64,000 nucleotides of DNA from Perna viridis (Eukaryota), in contig CM074517.1 of NCBI GenBank assembly GCA_037379345.1, positions 5,580,001-5,644,000 on the forward strand. Direction: 5' to 3'. Numbering within the stretch: position 1 is the first letter of the stretch; every line of letters begins with the position of its first letter. The notes under the pieces are model-generated. The model saw only the letters and a program-made list of their open reading frames with translations. It was not told the DNA's origin and made no database searches. This document shows positions 49,978 to 64,000 of this stretch, piece by piece. The position numbers were made by a program, and so were the translations under genes.

Positions 49978-52900
49978 CTCGTTTTCTTGGCAACATCTTT
50001 GATATCAGAGATGTTCGACAAACCTGAAGCGTACAAGTTATATGAAGTTCATCGTCCTAATAAACATCATTACGGATATTTTTACTTTAAATGTATTTTA
50101 TCTCTCCAATAAAAAGTATAAATGTTTTCACCTAATATAGATGCCAATGGTTGCGCCTTTTACCTTAGTTAATCGGGCCTTTTACCTTAGTCAAAACACA
50201 CAAGGGCAATGGTCTGTCCGAAAATTTTTAACCCTAATTGAATAGTGTTAACAACTAATTATAACATCAACACACACTCTGTAATGAAATATTCTAAAAA
50301 GTATTGTTCTTATATCTTAAACTTTTAAAATATTGCGATAACTTTGGTCTCGTATACAATTTACTTGAGAAACTTCCTTAATTCTTGGTTAAATAGCTGC
50401 TGATGAAAAACGTGTAAATCATACAAAAATTTACAATATGTTTAGGATTGGTATTTTTGTATTATGGCAGTCATCTGTCATTCAATGTTCTCGTTTCTCA
50501 TTAACATGAAGTAATTACCTGTAGACTAAGTTTCTAGTCAAATTTATCAAAATCGTATACGATTAGGATAATTTGACTTAAAAAAAATCCTATGGAGATT
50601 GCTTTCTATCGATTTTAATTCGAATATAAAATTTCTTTGGTCATGCTTTCGAAGGAATGGTAGTTACGCGATGTATTGATAGTGACATTTGTCTCTTTTA
50701 AAGAAAACACCCATCTTAGAATAATATTTAAAATAAAAATAAGTGGATTTTTATTAAGTGATTATGGTCACTTTTTTCTTAAGAGAAACTTGTGGTGTAT
50801 ACAGGACAGAAATGTATGATACAAAGAGACAATAAGTTACCATAATAACATTTTTTTCAAATCTATAAATAAGATATGTTATGTTGATATGACATAAATG
50901 TACCTTTTGATACGATAAGAAATTTTTTGTCATTTATTCACTATTCATGGTCGACTATTAATGTCCTTGATAAGACTAGATTTAAAACCACAAAAGAACT
51001 TTTAAACATAAACATATCTAATGCATTTGAGGTCTATTTATCTTAACGTTTCATGATGTTTCCATCACGCGTGCTTTTCATTGACTATCCCAATGTTTAT
51101 CTTTTTTATCATCTTCGTAATCAACTTTTCATAGCGAAATCGCAAAACGACACTTAAGGGAAATAACTTATTCAATTTTTAATACAAAAACCTAATACTG
51201 TTTCTTTTAGGATTGTTGGCTGCTTATTATGTGAGCGTATATATACTTTAAAGCATTACGAACAAATTCATATAAGCTTTAATTAAGGAACAAAGGAAAA
51301 TTCATATAAGAGTTATGATGGAATGAAACAAAAACCTTTTTTTTTTTGGTATCTTAATTTCTGTATTCCTTTCTGGTTAATTCAAAATTTAAAACTGTGT
51401 GAGACGAATAGATAACTTGGACGTTATAACCAGAGAATGATGCTTTTCACTATGAATGTACGCGATGGTTACACATCTAATGCAAGGACATAGTATTTAT
51501 CTCGTCCGATTATTTTTATGGCTGAAAACATCTGTATGACAAATCCTTAAAAAAATAACAGCCTTTTCAATGCATAATATCAGTGTGCCTCGTTTTCACA
51601 TCATTAAATCACCCAATAGAATAAAGTAAAAACAACATTAATGTTTCGTAAAGAAATTAAAGGTACAAAATACATTAGAATTTCTGTAATGTGTATCATT
51701 GTCTTATAGGCAGTTGAAGGACGCATCTCAAAGAGTTAATCCAGAATAAACGACAATAAAAGAGATAATATCAACAATATCAATTACTTAGCAATAATGG
51801 AATCACTCGTTAAAACATTCAGAGCCATTCAGAATTGCTTTCGTAATTACTAAAAGATGTAAAGGAATAGCATTAAAAAATGTCTTTCAACAGAATAATA
51901 ATTTCAGTTAAAGTCAGATTCAGATATGGTTTAGAACATAAATCTTAAAAGTGAATGTAATTATTTAACGCGAATCCCATTATATAGGCAGAACCTATAA
52001 TAATAGTGCAAACATTTAATTCAGCAGTGAGTGTTACATGCAGCAATGCCTTTCATTCTGACATATATAAAATAAAAACATTGTACAAAGAAAAAGTCAA
52101 CCTACAAATAACCGATTTTATATACTACCAATTTTCAAGTTCATCTTTTACGTAGTAACAGACTAGAACAATGGTTTGTTAGCTACTCTACTTTTCTGTT
52201 ATGATATAAATGAAACAAAATATCCCATAAATGTCTTTTTTTTTTCAATTCCAAAAACTCAAACAGTAAAAAATATAACACATGTACATAAATTTGAACT
52301 TCACTGTCAGAGATATTTCTGATGACACCATCTAAAATTTGCAAAAAAATCCTAACAACAAAAAAGGTTTGGCGTATAAAATGCAATAGCCTACATTGAA
52401 CAGTTAATGGTGGCATGGTCATACTTGAAGTAGCAAGCAAAATAAAAACTGGCAATATTTTTTACTTTTAAGCTAATAATGTGCTGAGAATATGTCGACC
52501 TACAGGCAAACCGATTTTGCTATTTTGCGCAACCTATTGTCTACCCAACTTAGGTGAATGTGTAAAAAGTATATTTCAAATTTGAATAGTATTCTCGATT
52601 CGTAATGTTACTTTATGCCAATTGTTTAAAAATATAGTATTCAACATACTGTAAGCTTCGAAATCGTATCGCGGACATTCTGATATTTTTACTTGTGTAA
52701 ATAATATATACATGTATGCAATCACACGTCTCTATATGTTATAGACTTCCACAGTTATGCACTTTAAATCATCATATGGAATTAATTTCATATTTTAAAA
52801 GATCAAACAGAATGGGATTTATCAAAGAAATAGAGAATTCCTCGTGGGTTTTGTAATTTAACCTTAAATACACTGTATGAACGTGGACATTTTAAGAATG

Positions 52901-53792
52901 ACAAAGCCGACATAAATATTGTAGAAGATTATACGAACTTGATTAAACTTTTTAAGACGCATTTCCGTCAATTGCGTTTGAAGTTAAACAATAGGGATAT
53001 TGACAACGGATCCTTGTTTCAGTCAAGCTTATCAATATAAAGCATATCTTTTGGGACCATGATCAAAACTTGATTCACTGTCATTGATACAAATTAATTA
53101 TGCTCTTACTTCATTAACTAAAACTTTTATTTTCCATTTTCTGTTGATCCCCACTATGAAATCCTTTTAGGACTTACACAATAATATTAAGAACAGTAAA
53201 TAGAAACGAAAAACAGAACATCGCCCGATTAAACAAAGTACTAGTATATAACAAAGGGAATGCATTTCACTTCATTCAATTTATCGTATTTAGGTTTTGT
53301 TGAGCTAAAATTTTCAATCTTATTGATGAAAATTGATGCTACTACAAATATTGTGTTAACAAGATTAAACATTTATAACATGATAAAAGTCCTCTAGGAA
53401 AGGATAAGTTACGGAAATTCCATAAATGATTTAGATAATTTATTTTTTTTTCTTTTATTTCAATTGTTTTACTTTTCTGTTGTTTCTTCGGATGAGCGAT
53501 AATAACAAAGGGATAAGGACGTTATGGGATCAAATTTGCCCTAATGATAATAATGGGGAAATGAGGATTTGTTTCAATCCAGTGGTAATTAATTATGACA
53601 GCCATCGTCGTTTTACTGAATTTTGCACAACATAGCTTTTCCATGGTAAAAATATGGTACCGTTGCTTAAACAAAAAAGCATCACGATCAGTGTCATAAA
53701 ATATAAAAATAACACTCATATACTCAGTATATTGCAAATTTCGATATGCTGTACACATGTGTCATTGAGAATCAAATATAATAATTTTATAC

Positions 53793-53933
53793 TGAATATT
53801 ACAGGTTAAAATCTGTATTACATGCGGTATCAATCCGAGACTCCTATATCACACCAAGGGTCACCCGCCTGCGGAATAATATAGATCGAGGGTTGATACC
53901 ACATGCGATGTAGATTTTGACATGTCATGTTCA
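53793..53933. repeat. Imperfect foldback (MITE-like palindrome)
   Basis: tgaatattacaggttaaaatctgtattacatgcggtatcaatcc pairs with gggttgataccacatgcgatgtagattttgacatgtcatgttca. Confidence 0.7.
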
Positions 53934-54094
53934 TTACATCATATATTTTAAACACATGTATACTTCAAGTATGGTCCATGAAGGGGTGCGATATAGGTCT
54001 AGAGTTGAGATAGAGGGTATGCGACGTAAGGGTTTAAACAAACACTTGCATATGCGGAAAATGTATATTTTAATCTAAACATTTTTAGAGTGCA

Positions 54095-54300
54095 GAAACC
54101 CTCTCGGACCCACCTGGGGTCTGGGAGTAGGCCAGAGCGTCAACAGAGTAGCCCAGCCGCTAGTAGGACATACTCTGACTGAGTTCTTTGGTCAGGTATC
54201 CCAAAGGCTGGGCTCCGCTACCTCCAACTCCTAACATACATCTACTAACACAATCCCCCAAGGGGCGGTAGGGGCGGTCGTGCGAGATCCGCAAGGAAAG
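54095..54300 (+). other. GC-rich foldable island of unknown nature (ncRNA, retroelement leader or promoter)
   Basis: Several nested stems with G-U wobbles on the + strand, plus two GGGGCGGT boxes. Confidence 0.4.
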
Positions 54301-56659
54301 TAAAGACAGTAAAAACCACCAATCGGAATTAATCAAAAAACATATAGGATTAAAATACAAGTACATGATAACGATCATCACATAGTTGGTAATGTCTACA
54401 GATAAAATATACTTTTATTTTCCCAAAACGCAGTAAAGGGTAAAAAAATCTATTGTTCATCTAATTTATCTAATTCATTTATCATAAAGTCTGTGATTTA
54501 ATTATAGTAGATGTATATATCATTCAACGCAACTATTTAACCAAATTTCACATAATATCCACTATAAATAATACATCTTTTTTGTCCGCTATCATTTTCT
54601 GTAATCGACGAAATTGAACAAGAATCAAGGAACATTGTTCAAATTTGAGTAAAATGTAGTTTGTCTTGATTATCTAAACCCGCTTTCAAATTTATTTCAT
54701 TTTGTTGTTTTTTTTGTTTTTTTTTGTGTTTTTTTTTTGTGCTGTTTTTTTTTTTTTAATTTCACATGGTGTTTATTGTTTGTTTTTTTTTAATTGTTAT
54801 TTACCACTTTTCACACTTTAATCATTAAAAGTGGAGACTTTGATATGAGTTATATAAAAAAATCGGCTCCTTAAGGCAATATTCGAGTAATATGATATAC
54901 TGTCAAATAAAATATTTTTGTGGTTTTAAATTCAATAGATTGTTAAAAAAACATGTGCAAGATATGAAACACTGACACGTTGTGTATTTTTCGAGAGAGA
55001 GAAATGATACTGGAAACAAATTGAATTATATATATAAGTAATGTTAATTGTATGCAATGACTTCCCTTAAACATATATTTTTCATGCAAAATTCATCTAT
55101 CATCGGGGTATCACTTCAAGAAAGAATCAATTACACGTAGCCCTAATTTTTGTAATAATCAAAATATTGTATGATTAAATACACGACTTCATTATTTCAG
55201 AGTAAGATTCTATAAACGGACTTAAATGGTTATGAAATGTAAAAAAGAACTTTAATGTTAATTATTTGCTTTTGGAGTGAAAAAAAAGATTAATCTATTC
55301 TTATATACGGCTATACGTGTCAAGCCGCAGTGTTACTAAAAAGCTAAACATTATTCTAACAAAATCCTTTACTGTTTACATTTTTTTCACATTGAAGCCT
55401 TTTCTTACAATGTCATGCCTGTAAGCCGAACACAATGTGTCATAGGCGTATATCTCTAGCATTGGTGTTGCCATAATCAGTATTGTTTTTTTTTAATTAA
55501 TTTTGTGACAGTTAATCATATACAGTAAAAGCACCTTAAGGTGTGAGTTGGCCATGAGAATTCCGACCACTAAAATATGTGTGTTACGCAATACGCCAAG
55601 GACATTCAGTGTCTCATCATCTGGTCTTTTTTTTAATCTAGCATATAGGTAGGTCTAATCGAAGGAAATTTCGGTTTGATGATCATACATTTTGATTTTG
55701 TAAATTATTTGCTAATATATCTGTTAGCTATGTTATTATTTTGCTTTTCGTGTTAGACACTTTCAACACTATGTTTTCAGACTAATTGAGATAATTCCCC
55801 ACTTCACTTTTAAAGATTTGTGATGTATAATAAGTCCCTGGCATTTGAGAATTCATCACTATCAGAACCGGAAATGACATGACAAAAACTGTCTTCTCAA
55901 ATCATCTTCCAGATTGCATAATTTCCTTCAATGATACAGTTACTTCTCATAAATCCTCAAGTGAGGATTCATACCAATACTCTGATAAAGGCTGAATAAC
56001 TTGATAACAATGAACTATTCGTCAATCTTGATTTTATAATGGTAGTTATACGTCAACGTTTTATAACACGAAAATGCAAGTCGCTCACAAATGTGTTTTA
56101 ACCTTATTGTTTATCCAGTAACAAATTAATTCTATCATAATTACACAATATTTGTGAAATTAAATACTTATGGAAAGCATTAGTAGATATCTATAGATAT
56201 CTACCTCATTAACAAATGATAGACCAAAAAAAAAAACACCAAAAATAAACAACTTACAGTGTTGTAAAGAGGGTTTCATGGCATTTATTAAAAATGTACA
56301 ATGCACACTGTTGTGTTTCTTTTCGGCAATAATGCAGAGTCAATAATTGCTCATCTTAAAACACCCTCGAATAACTATTTTGTTTTTATTTACATGTACA
56401 ATAATGAGCGTGTAAGTACCGTCTTAAATATTACGAGATGACAAAAACATGCTAACATGACAAGCGGTATTACAAAAAAAAGAAACTAAAGTTGGAATCA
56501 CTTCTGATGAAAATCTTGGAGTTGCTCTACTGACAAATTTACAAAACATGTATGATATATTTTATTAGACTGAGCTTAGAACGATTCACGGCGATAGATA
56601 TGCACTACATCAGATCGATTGATGACAGTTTCAGGGGGATTCTAGGTTAAAATCGTTCG

Positions 56660-56958
56660 TGGTGATTCTCGGGAAGAACGATTTCCGACAATTCTATTAA
56701 TATTCTCGGGCAGAATAGTTTCCGATTCTTCAAGGTCAGAACGATTTCTGATCATTGTAGGACAATTCTAGGTCACAATGATTTTTTGACAATTCTGGTG
56801 CAAAACGATTCCCAAAAATTCTAAGACAGTGCTAGGGTAGAACGATTCCCGTCAATTCAGGGACAAGTCTAAGGCAGAACGATCTAAACAATTCTATTAC
56901 AATTCCAGGGCAGTACGATTCCCGGCAATTTCAGGACAACTCTAGGCCAGAATGATTT
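56660..56958. repeat. Degenerate minisatellite
   Basis: Recurring gaacgattcccgacaattct/aggacaattctagg subunits. Confidence 0.8.
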
Positions 56959-57529
56959 AATCTTTGAAGAATTCCCTGTATACTAAATCTTCACAACTAT
57001 TTGTCGCTTATAAAATGTAGAAATGAAATGGCTTATGTTCCTCCAGACTGATTGGTTGTGACGTCATTTCAATATGATAATTCTTTGTCATAACGATTTC
57101 TAATAATGAAAATTTTAACCCTTGACAAAACCAAAAGTTTCCTGGCTGACAGAACGAAACATAGGTTAGAAATGATCGCTATTGTATATTCTGGAATGCA
57201 TTCAGTAAAGTTTCTTTAAAATCAGTTTTGGATGATCGTAGTATACTACGTCATTTCAGACAACCAGATTTTGCGAAACAATGTATCTATGCATACGATA
57301 CATTAATATGATAATTCAGTCGAACTTTTGTCGTCTGGGAAAACAAAATTTATTGCATGGACATGCAATAAAACCGTTCAATCCAAAATGAACCGCAAAA
57401 TTATAACATGTCTAAAGCAGAAAACGTCAATAGCAACGCTTGAAGAACATTGCATTGTAAACCACCAAAGTGACGAAATAAAAATTACTATACAATCTAT
57501 ATAAACTCGAACGTAATTTCGTTTATTTT

Positions 57530-59722
57530 TTCGACAGAGCAAACAGTCCTAAGAACTACTTTGCTTTGCAGACACAATTAAATGACACAAAAGCTATGTA
57601 ACCTGACATTACAATCGAGAATATAATTTAGAAATATCGTTTTAGGTAAAAGTGATGTCGAAGATGTACTTTCTATTTTGAATATTAAATCCTCTGGACC
57701 AGACTCCATAAATCTTCGACTTCTAAAGGAGGCCTAGTCTATTTAAAAATACCCCTTTTGTAAACTATTTAATGTGTCGTTATCTTTGTCTCACTTCCCG
57801 AATAGATGGAAGAGGTTGAATGTAATACCAGTGTTTAAGGATGGTTCTACAGGGGAAGTCAAAAACTATAGACCTATCTCATTACTTTGCGTTATTTCAA
57901 AATGTATGGAGAGATGGGTTTACAAACATGTACATAACTTTTTAATACAAAATGAAATAATTACACCCAGCCAATCGGGTTTTACCAGGGGTAGGACTCT
58001 GCCATTAACCAGTTAAAATATATGTCCGACGATATCGGGAGAGCTCTTTTGTGACATAAGCTAGGCATTCGACTGCAGTATTGCAAAGAGATCTCTCATT
58101 CAAATTCCAAAAATAACGGTATTTGTTGGGATCTGCTACACTGGTTCAAAAATTATCTTTCCGGGGGGAAACAAAGGGTGGTTCTTAGTGAAAGTTCTGA
58201 CTGAATATCCGTTGAAGCTGGTGTTCCCCAGAGCTCCATATTATGACCCTTGCTATTTTTATTATTTATCAATGAAATTATTGGAGATATTAATGCCTGT
58301 CTTAAAATATTTTGCTGATAACACGAGCATTTATATAACAGTAGACAATCCCCAATACCTGCTGACAGACCAAATAGAGATCTTGAAAAGGTTCATAACT
58401 TGTCAAACCAGTGGTTGGTTAAATTTAACCCACAAAAGACGGAAACAATAACCATATCCTGTAAAACCGTTAAGCCAGTACATCCGCCTATTCATACGGA
58501 TGGCCATAACATTCAAGAGGTTGCTTCTTATAAACACCTGAGCATTTATTTTTCAAGTAATGGTTCTTAGTATGTGCACATTGAATATATTGTGAAGGAA
58601 ATGTTTATGAGAGTAATTTGTTTGCGTAAGATGCGTTTTGTCCTTGAAAGGTATGTCTTGGAGAAAATGTACTTTTCTTATATCATACCTATTCATCTAA
58701 TATCTAATTAACAAGTTAGAGAGTGTTGATATAGAAATCATGCGCATTATCACGGAAGGGACAAAATTCAATTAAATTTCATTAGAAAAATTTTATCAAG
58801 ATACGGGTTGGGAGACATTTTCGTCCAGAAGGGAAATACATAGACTTATTTTGTTATATAACATTATAAACAAGGAATCCCAAAGTTATTTATGTGATCT
58901 TATTAGTAGTTCAGTTGGTTATCGACCAGTTGGTTATCGACACGGTAATTTTACTCGTCAAGTTCATAACATGGTTAATTTTCCAACACGCACAAACTTG
59001 AATACTTTCTGCCCTCGACTATCTGCATGTGGAATAGTTTGCCATGGAAACACGAATGTCTGGTTCATTAAGCATATTTAAAAGAAAACCAAGGACATAT
59101 AAAAATTCATGTCCAAAATATTGTTATAAAGGGACAAGGCAAGGATACATTCTTCATGCAGGGCTTCGCCACGCCATTAACGAGCATCTGTTCCTACGAA
59201 ATGTTACATAGACTCTTCAAATTGTTCATGTGGATGTGGTCATATGTAATCAACCTATCATTTTCTTTTCCAGTGTCATAAGTATGACAAGCTTCGTACT
59301 TTAACTTTAAATACACTTAGTTATCCTATCGATATAAACTTGTTATTGTATGGGTCAGATATTTTAACATTTGATGGAAATATTCACATATATAAAATTG
59401 TTCAAAAATATTGTTCAGAGCAAACGCTTATGTTGAACTGTATTTCATGACTCCTTTCATTCTTTCCAACACGATTACATTTTTATCATTATTTAATTTG
59501 TTTCGTTTTCAATATCTATATTATATTACATAGTAGTACAGGTACATGGTGTTTCTTGTTTCCTAAGCATGCTTGGTGTATGCTTAAATGTATAAATTGT
59601 CAGTAATGATACGGAGACGGTTTAATAAAAGCTTAGCGCTTGTTTCCGAATCCTGTTTGTCAAACTTTGTTTGATCTGTTTTGTACCTATGTTTGATATC
59701 TATACATAAATATGTTTAAACT
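57530..59722 (+). mobile_element. 5'-truncated CR1-group LINE (RT, C-terminal Cys/His motif, 3' UTR), decayed
   Basis: KSSGPDSI..RLLKE, FPNRWKRLNVIPVFK, NYRPISLLCVISKCMER, QSGF, AGVPQSSIL, FADNTSIY, CSCG..STYHFLFQC. The 3' end reads aaatatgtttaaactaa. Confidence 0.85.
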
Positions 59723-62269
59723 AATGACAAGTAGCCTACTGATGATCATTGCCCCTGTTTTTCGTGTAAATCGTTCTGAAACGTTTTATTACTTATTTGT
59801 TAAGAGCAAGGTTAACTTCTTTATTTTTTTTATTTTATATTTATTCACAGTTCATGTTATCTCGAAACGAGATTCCCTACTGTAGTTATTATATTTGTTT
59901 TGACGATATAAGTACTATGTCTTCTTCGTTAAAGAATCAGGCAAAATGTGAACCAAGTGTGGCACATGAAGGGAAAAATTCACACATTTTTATTGCATTA
60001 CTAAAGTATTTATATCTGATAACTACCAGAAATAACCATGAAAGTGTTTGTAAAATTTGCTTTTTTAAGTTAAGTGAGGTCAAATTTAGTTGAAATACAC
60101 TATACTAAGAAAAATGGGGAATATTTTTCCGTCACTATTCTCTTATATAAGCAGTGAAAAATATCTACGTCAAAGATGCTTCAGAATATATTTAAATACC
60201 TTGTTTGTTTTGTTTTCTAGATGTATTGAATATATTATAGGCAAAAAAAATTTAGAACAATGACTTGCCATCCATTGCCTGATTCTTATATAGAATTGTA
60301 CTTAGATGTGTAAAATAAAGTCTCACTAGTACGTAGGCTGTCTGTTAATATTTAATGATTCACTGTTTTGTAACATGACACTTAGATATATGATTTTTTT
60401 TAATCATTATTACATACATGTATGAATATAATCGTTGCCATCATGGTATAGTCATTTCGAAGTGTTTTATTCAATACATATTGGTTGAATTGTTTCGATA
60501 CACTTTTAATATTTTTCTAAGGCATGACTATTTTTTTTAATTCCTTTTACGTTTTTACTCAATGATAGTTAAAACAAAAAATAAAATTATAATTCCGTAA
60601 GGAAAATGATTCATGAAATTGTACTTCCCAAATTTGAAATAATATCAAAATTTAAATTCAAATTTATAAATTAGGGGGAAACGAAGAAATTCTATCTGCG
60701 AATTACAAAATAATGTTATAATCTACCTGAATCTAAATGTCATAGATTTTGAAAAAGACAACTCTTGACCTAGTAGGCTTCATCATTGTTATATGTTCAG
60801 AAACCTCCTTGATGGTAGACATTTATCATGATTAAAATCCGGAGACTACGTGACAGGAACGGACTTCTCCATTGGTCTTGTTGATGGAATAATTGTATTA
60901 ACGTAAGAACAATGTTACAACAAATAATCATAAATAATCCTTAATCAAGTTAACAAAGCAGTACAACTGTATATTTCTGTTCAAAGATCCAACAGATGAT
61001 ATCTCCATCAGAAGAGAACATATACAATGACCAATAGCATATAATTGACAAATGACTACTGATTGACGATGAACGGTGATTTGACTTCCGACTAATTTAA
61101 AAGCGGTTACCGATCAACGAAAACCTATTAGGAGACCATTATTGTATTTTAAGCGAATTTGATTTAATGATACTTAAAGTCACGAGGTGTTTAGTTTATC
61201 TTTTTGGTCACGGAGTTTCGTTTTGCAGTAAACTGGGTGTCAGTTGAAGCTTACCATATCGGTTCACTTTGTCATTCCTCTATGCTTAAGGACGGTGGCT
61301 TTCATGTTCTTCCGTATCCCTGTAATGACCTGTTTTTGTTTTTTGCTTTTTTTGTGTTACTCTTTTACTTTCTTGTTTCATCTTCCGTTTAACCTGTTGC
61401 CCCTTTGCTTCTTTTGAAATAGTTATATCGTTAACTGCATTTCATGTGTAAAAAAACAGGACGTTGTCAACACATAATATGTTCTTCTCTCTTTATCACA
61501 CGTTCGATGAACTCAACAATGTTCCAATAAATATTAGGAGATTATTGTGTTTAAGCACAATAAACACGTTTGTTTGAATAAAGTGTTAAGAGTTTGCAAT
61601 GACGACGGTTGACCTTCTCGTCTTTTTAGACAGAGAACGTAAAACACTTTCTCTTAAAGAATTATCTTCTCATATCAAACCTATGTAAGACTTATAATTC
61701 ATACAATATAGTAAACAGAATAAGAAAACTCACTAAGTTTTTACACTCATTTTCATATATCTGATAACAGCTGTATTGACGCCGAAAATATCAGTCATGG
61801 CCGATCAAAATCAAAAGTCAGAGGAAAAGTGTTATTTATTTCTGTAAGTGGATTAAAAAATGAATGTTTAGCACTGGGTTTTGTTGAAGATAACGGATAT
61901 ACTATGTTAAATTTAAACAAAATTAACAGTTGTCTTGGTAGAGTATAAACTGTTCTTGATGGAGAATTGAAAAACGAAAATAAAAAAAGATTTCGCAAGT
62001 TTTACAAAATTTGATTTTATTTATACTAAAGACACTGACATCAAACACAAATTTGCAAGATGCTATTTCTATTGTATATGGACGACACATAACAGCCTCA
62101 TATCACGAATTATGTGGTGTGTTTCTACATGTCATCAGTATATATCCAGTGTGCATGAAGGAGTTACGCAAGCAATTAAATATATTATTATATCTCAGCC
62201 TTGACAAGTATTTCAAACTTGAGAAATTGGTATTGTTAATACTTCCTCTACGGTTGTATCTGATAGAGA

Positions 62270-64000
62270 ATCATGGCACCTTCAGAGAGAAGACACAGAG
62301 AACGTTATCATACTGAAGAGCACACATAGCACCTTAAGTGAAGCCAATAACAGTGTCATCATACTAAGAATGAGACAAGGCACCTTCAGAGAGAAGCCAA
62401 AACGAACGTTATCACACTAAAGAGCACACATGGCGCCTTCAAAAAAGTCGGAAACAACATCGGCATTACCGAGGAGAATATGGAACGTTCATAGAAGCCA
62501 ATATCAACGTTAGCATTACTGAGTGGTAAATATGGTACATGTACCATCAAAGAAACTAAAACCAACGTCATCAATCTGAGGAGACGAAACCAACGTGATC
62601 GTATTGAGCAGTTCACACGGCATATTCAGAGAAACCAAGACTAATAACAGAATTAACAAGAACACAAGGCACATTCAGAAAAGCCAAATGCAACGTCCTA
62701 ATATTGACACCCTTAGGAAAACCTAAACCAGCGTCATCCGACTGAGAAGTACACATGCTCCACAGAAGCCAATACCAACGTCATCTCTACCGAGGTGTAA
62801 ACATAGCATATTCAGAGAAGCCGAAGCAAACGTCATTGTACCTGGGGAATACACATGGCATCTTCAGAGATTAAATATGCCAAAACTAACATCATGATAC
62901 TGAGGAATTGACATAGCACCTTCAGAAAAGTCTAAAACCAACATCACTATACTGAAAAATACTCATGGCACCTTCAGAAAAGCCGTTACAAAAATCAGCA
63001 TTATCGGGGAGTACACAAATACACAAAACACTTTCAGAAAAGCCTTAAACAACGACATCATACTGAGGAAAACACAAAACACTAAACTGGCGTCAGCTTT
63101 TCCGATAACAATTCACATTCAGAAAAGCCAAAACCAACGTATCGTACTGGGGAGTACACATGACTCCTTCAGGGAGCAGAAACAAATATCAGCATTTCCG
63201 ATGAGTACACATGGCACCTTCAGAGAAACCGAAACCAACGTCATCATACAGATGAGAACACAAGACTTTTCCAGATTAGCCGAAACCAACGTCGTCGTAC
63301 TGAGGAGTACACGCGATCCTTTCATAGTATTTGAAACAACGTCATTATATTGTGGAGAACACATGACACATTCATAAAACCCTTAACTGGCATTAGCATC
63401 TCCGAGTACACAATTCACATTTAAAAAAAACAAAAACCAACGTCATCGTACTGAGGAGTACACATGGTACATTAAGAAAATTCTAAACCAACGTAATCAT
63501 TACTGAGGATTACACATAACACCTTCAGAGAAGCCGAAACCAACGTCGTCATCTTTACTGGGGATTACAAATGACACCATCAGAGAAGCCGAAACTAACG
63601 TCATCATTACTTCGAGATGCACATGACACCCTCAAAGTAGCTTAAGTTAACACCATATTACTGAGGAGTACACATGACGCCTTCAGAGAAGCCGAAACCA
63701 ACGTCATCTTCACTGAGGAGTACACTTGACGCCTTCAGAGAAGCCTATGTCAACGTCATATTACATAGGAGTACACATGTAACCTATAGAGGAGACAAAA
63801 CAAACGTCACCAATACTGAGGAGTACACATGGAATATTCAGAGAAGTCAAAACCAACGTCGTCGTACTGAGTAGTATACATGATCCTTTCAGAGTATCTG
63901 GAAACAACGTCATCATACTGTATAACACATGGCACATTCAGAGAAGCCTAAACTAGAGACAGAATTTTCGAGTACACAATTCACATTCAGAAAACTAAAA
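62270..64000. repeat. Satellite array with ~51-bp monomer, running off the window end
   Basis: Consensus acacatggcaccttcagagaagccgaaaccaacgtcatcatactgaggagt, about 33 diverged copies. Confidence 0.92.

Noticed and set aside
51323-51380. Possible signal-peptide exon MKQKPFFF...
   Set aside because: It needs a homopolymer correction and a weak donor to be phase-compatible, and has no other support.
63119-63874. Repetitive protein encoded by the 51-bp satellite
   Set aside because: Frequent non-triplet indels and stops in all frames, with no splice context.

Overview
AT-rich (roughly one-third GC) animal genomic DNA, most likely a bivalve mollusc (inferred from the repeat families). The only well-supported host genes are two paralogous, divergent class A 7TM receptor exons on the + strand (692-1734 and 23410-24488). 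Both look sex-peptide/MIP-receptor-like and both open at a phase-1 splice acceptor. The rest is intergenic or intronic DNA full of decayed mobile elements. These include a Neptune-type Penelope-like element (PLE), a tandem plus inverted cluster of N-terminal-endonuclease (Naiad-type) PLEs with about nine dispersed copies of their structured 3' terminal repeat, an L1/Tx1 LINE carrying nested insertions, CR1-like LINE remnants, several MITEs, a tRNA-Leu-derived tandem element, a SINE, and mini/satellites. The most interesting signals are RNA-structural. (1) A hammerhead-ribozyme-like core sits in each unit of a ~516-bp tandem repeat just downstream of the Neptune PLE. (2) A multibranch fold recurs in the Naiad terminal repeat. 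(3) A SINE has a compact pseudoknot at its 5' end where a tRNA head would be expected. (4) An isolated GC-rich foldable island lies at 54.1-54.3 kb. All pairings and family assignments were made by eye, with no database search. Repeat boundaries are approximate unless TSDs or TIRs are cited.
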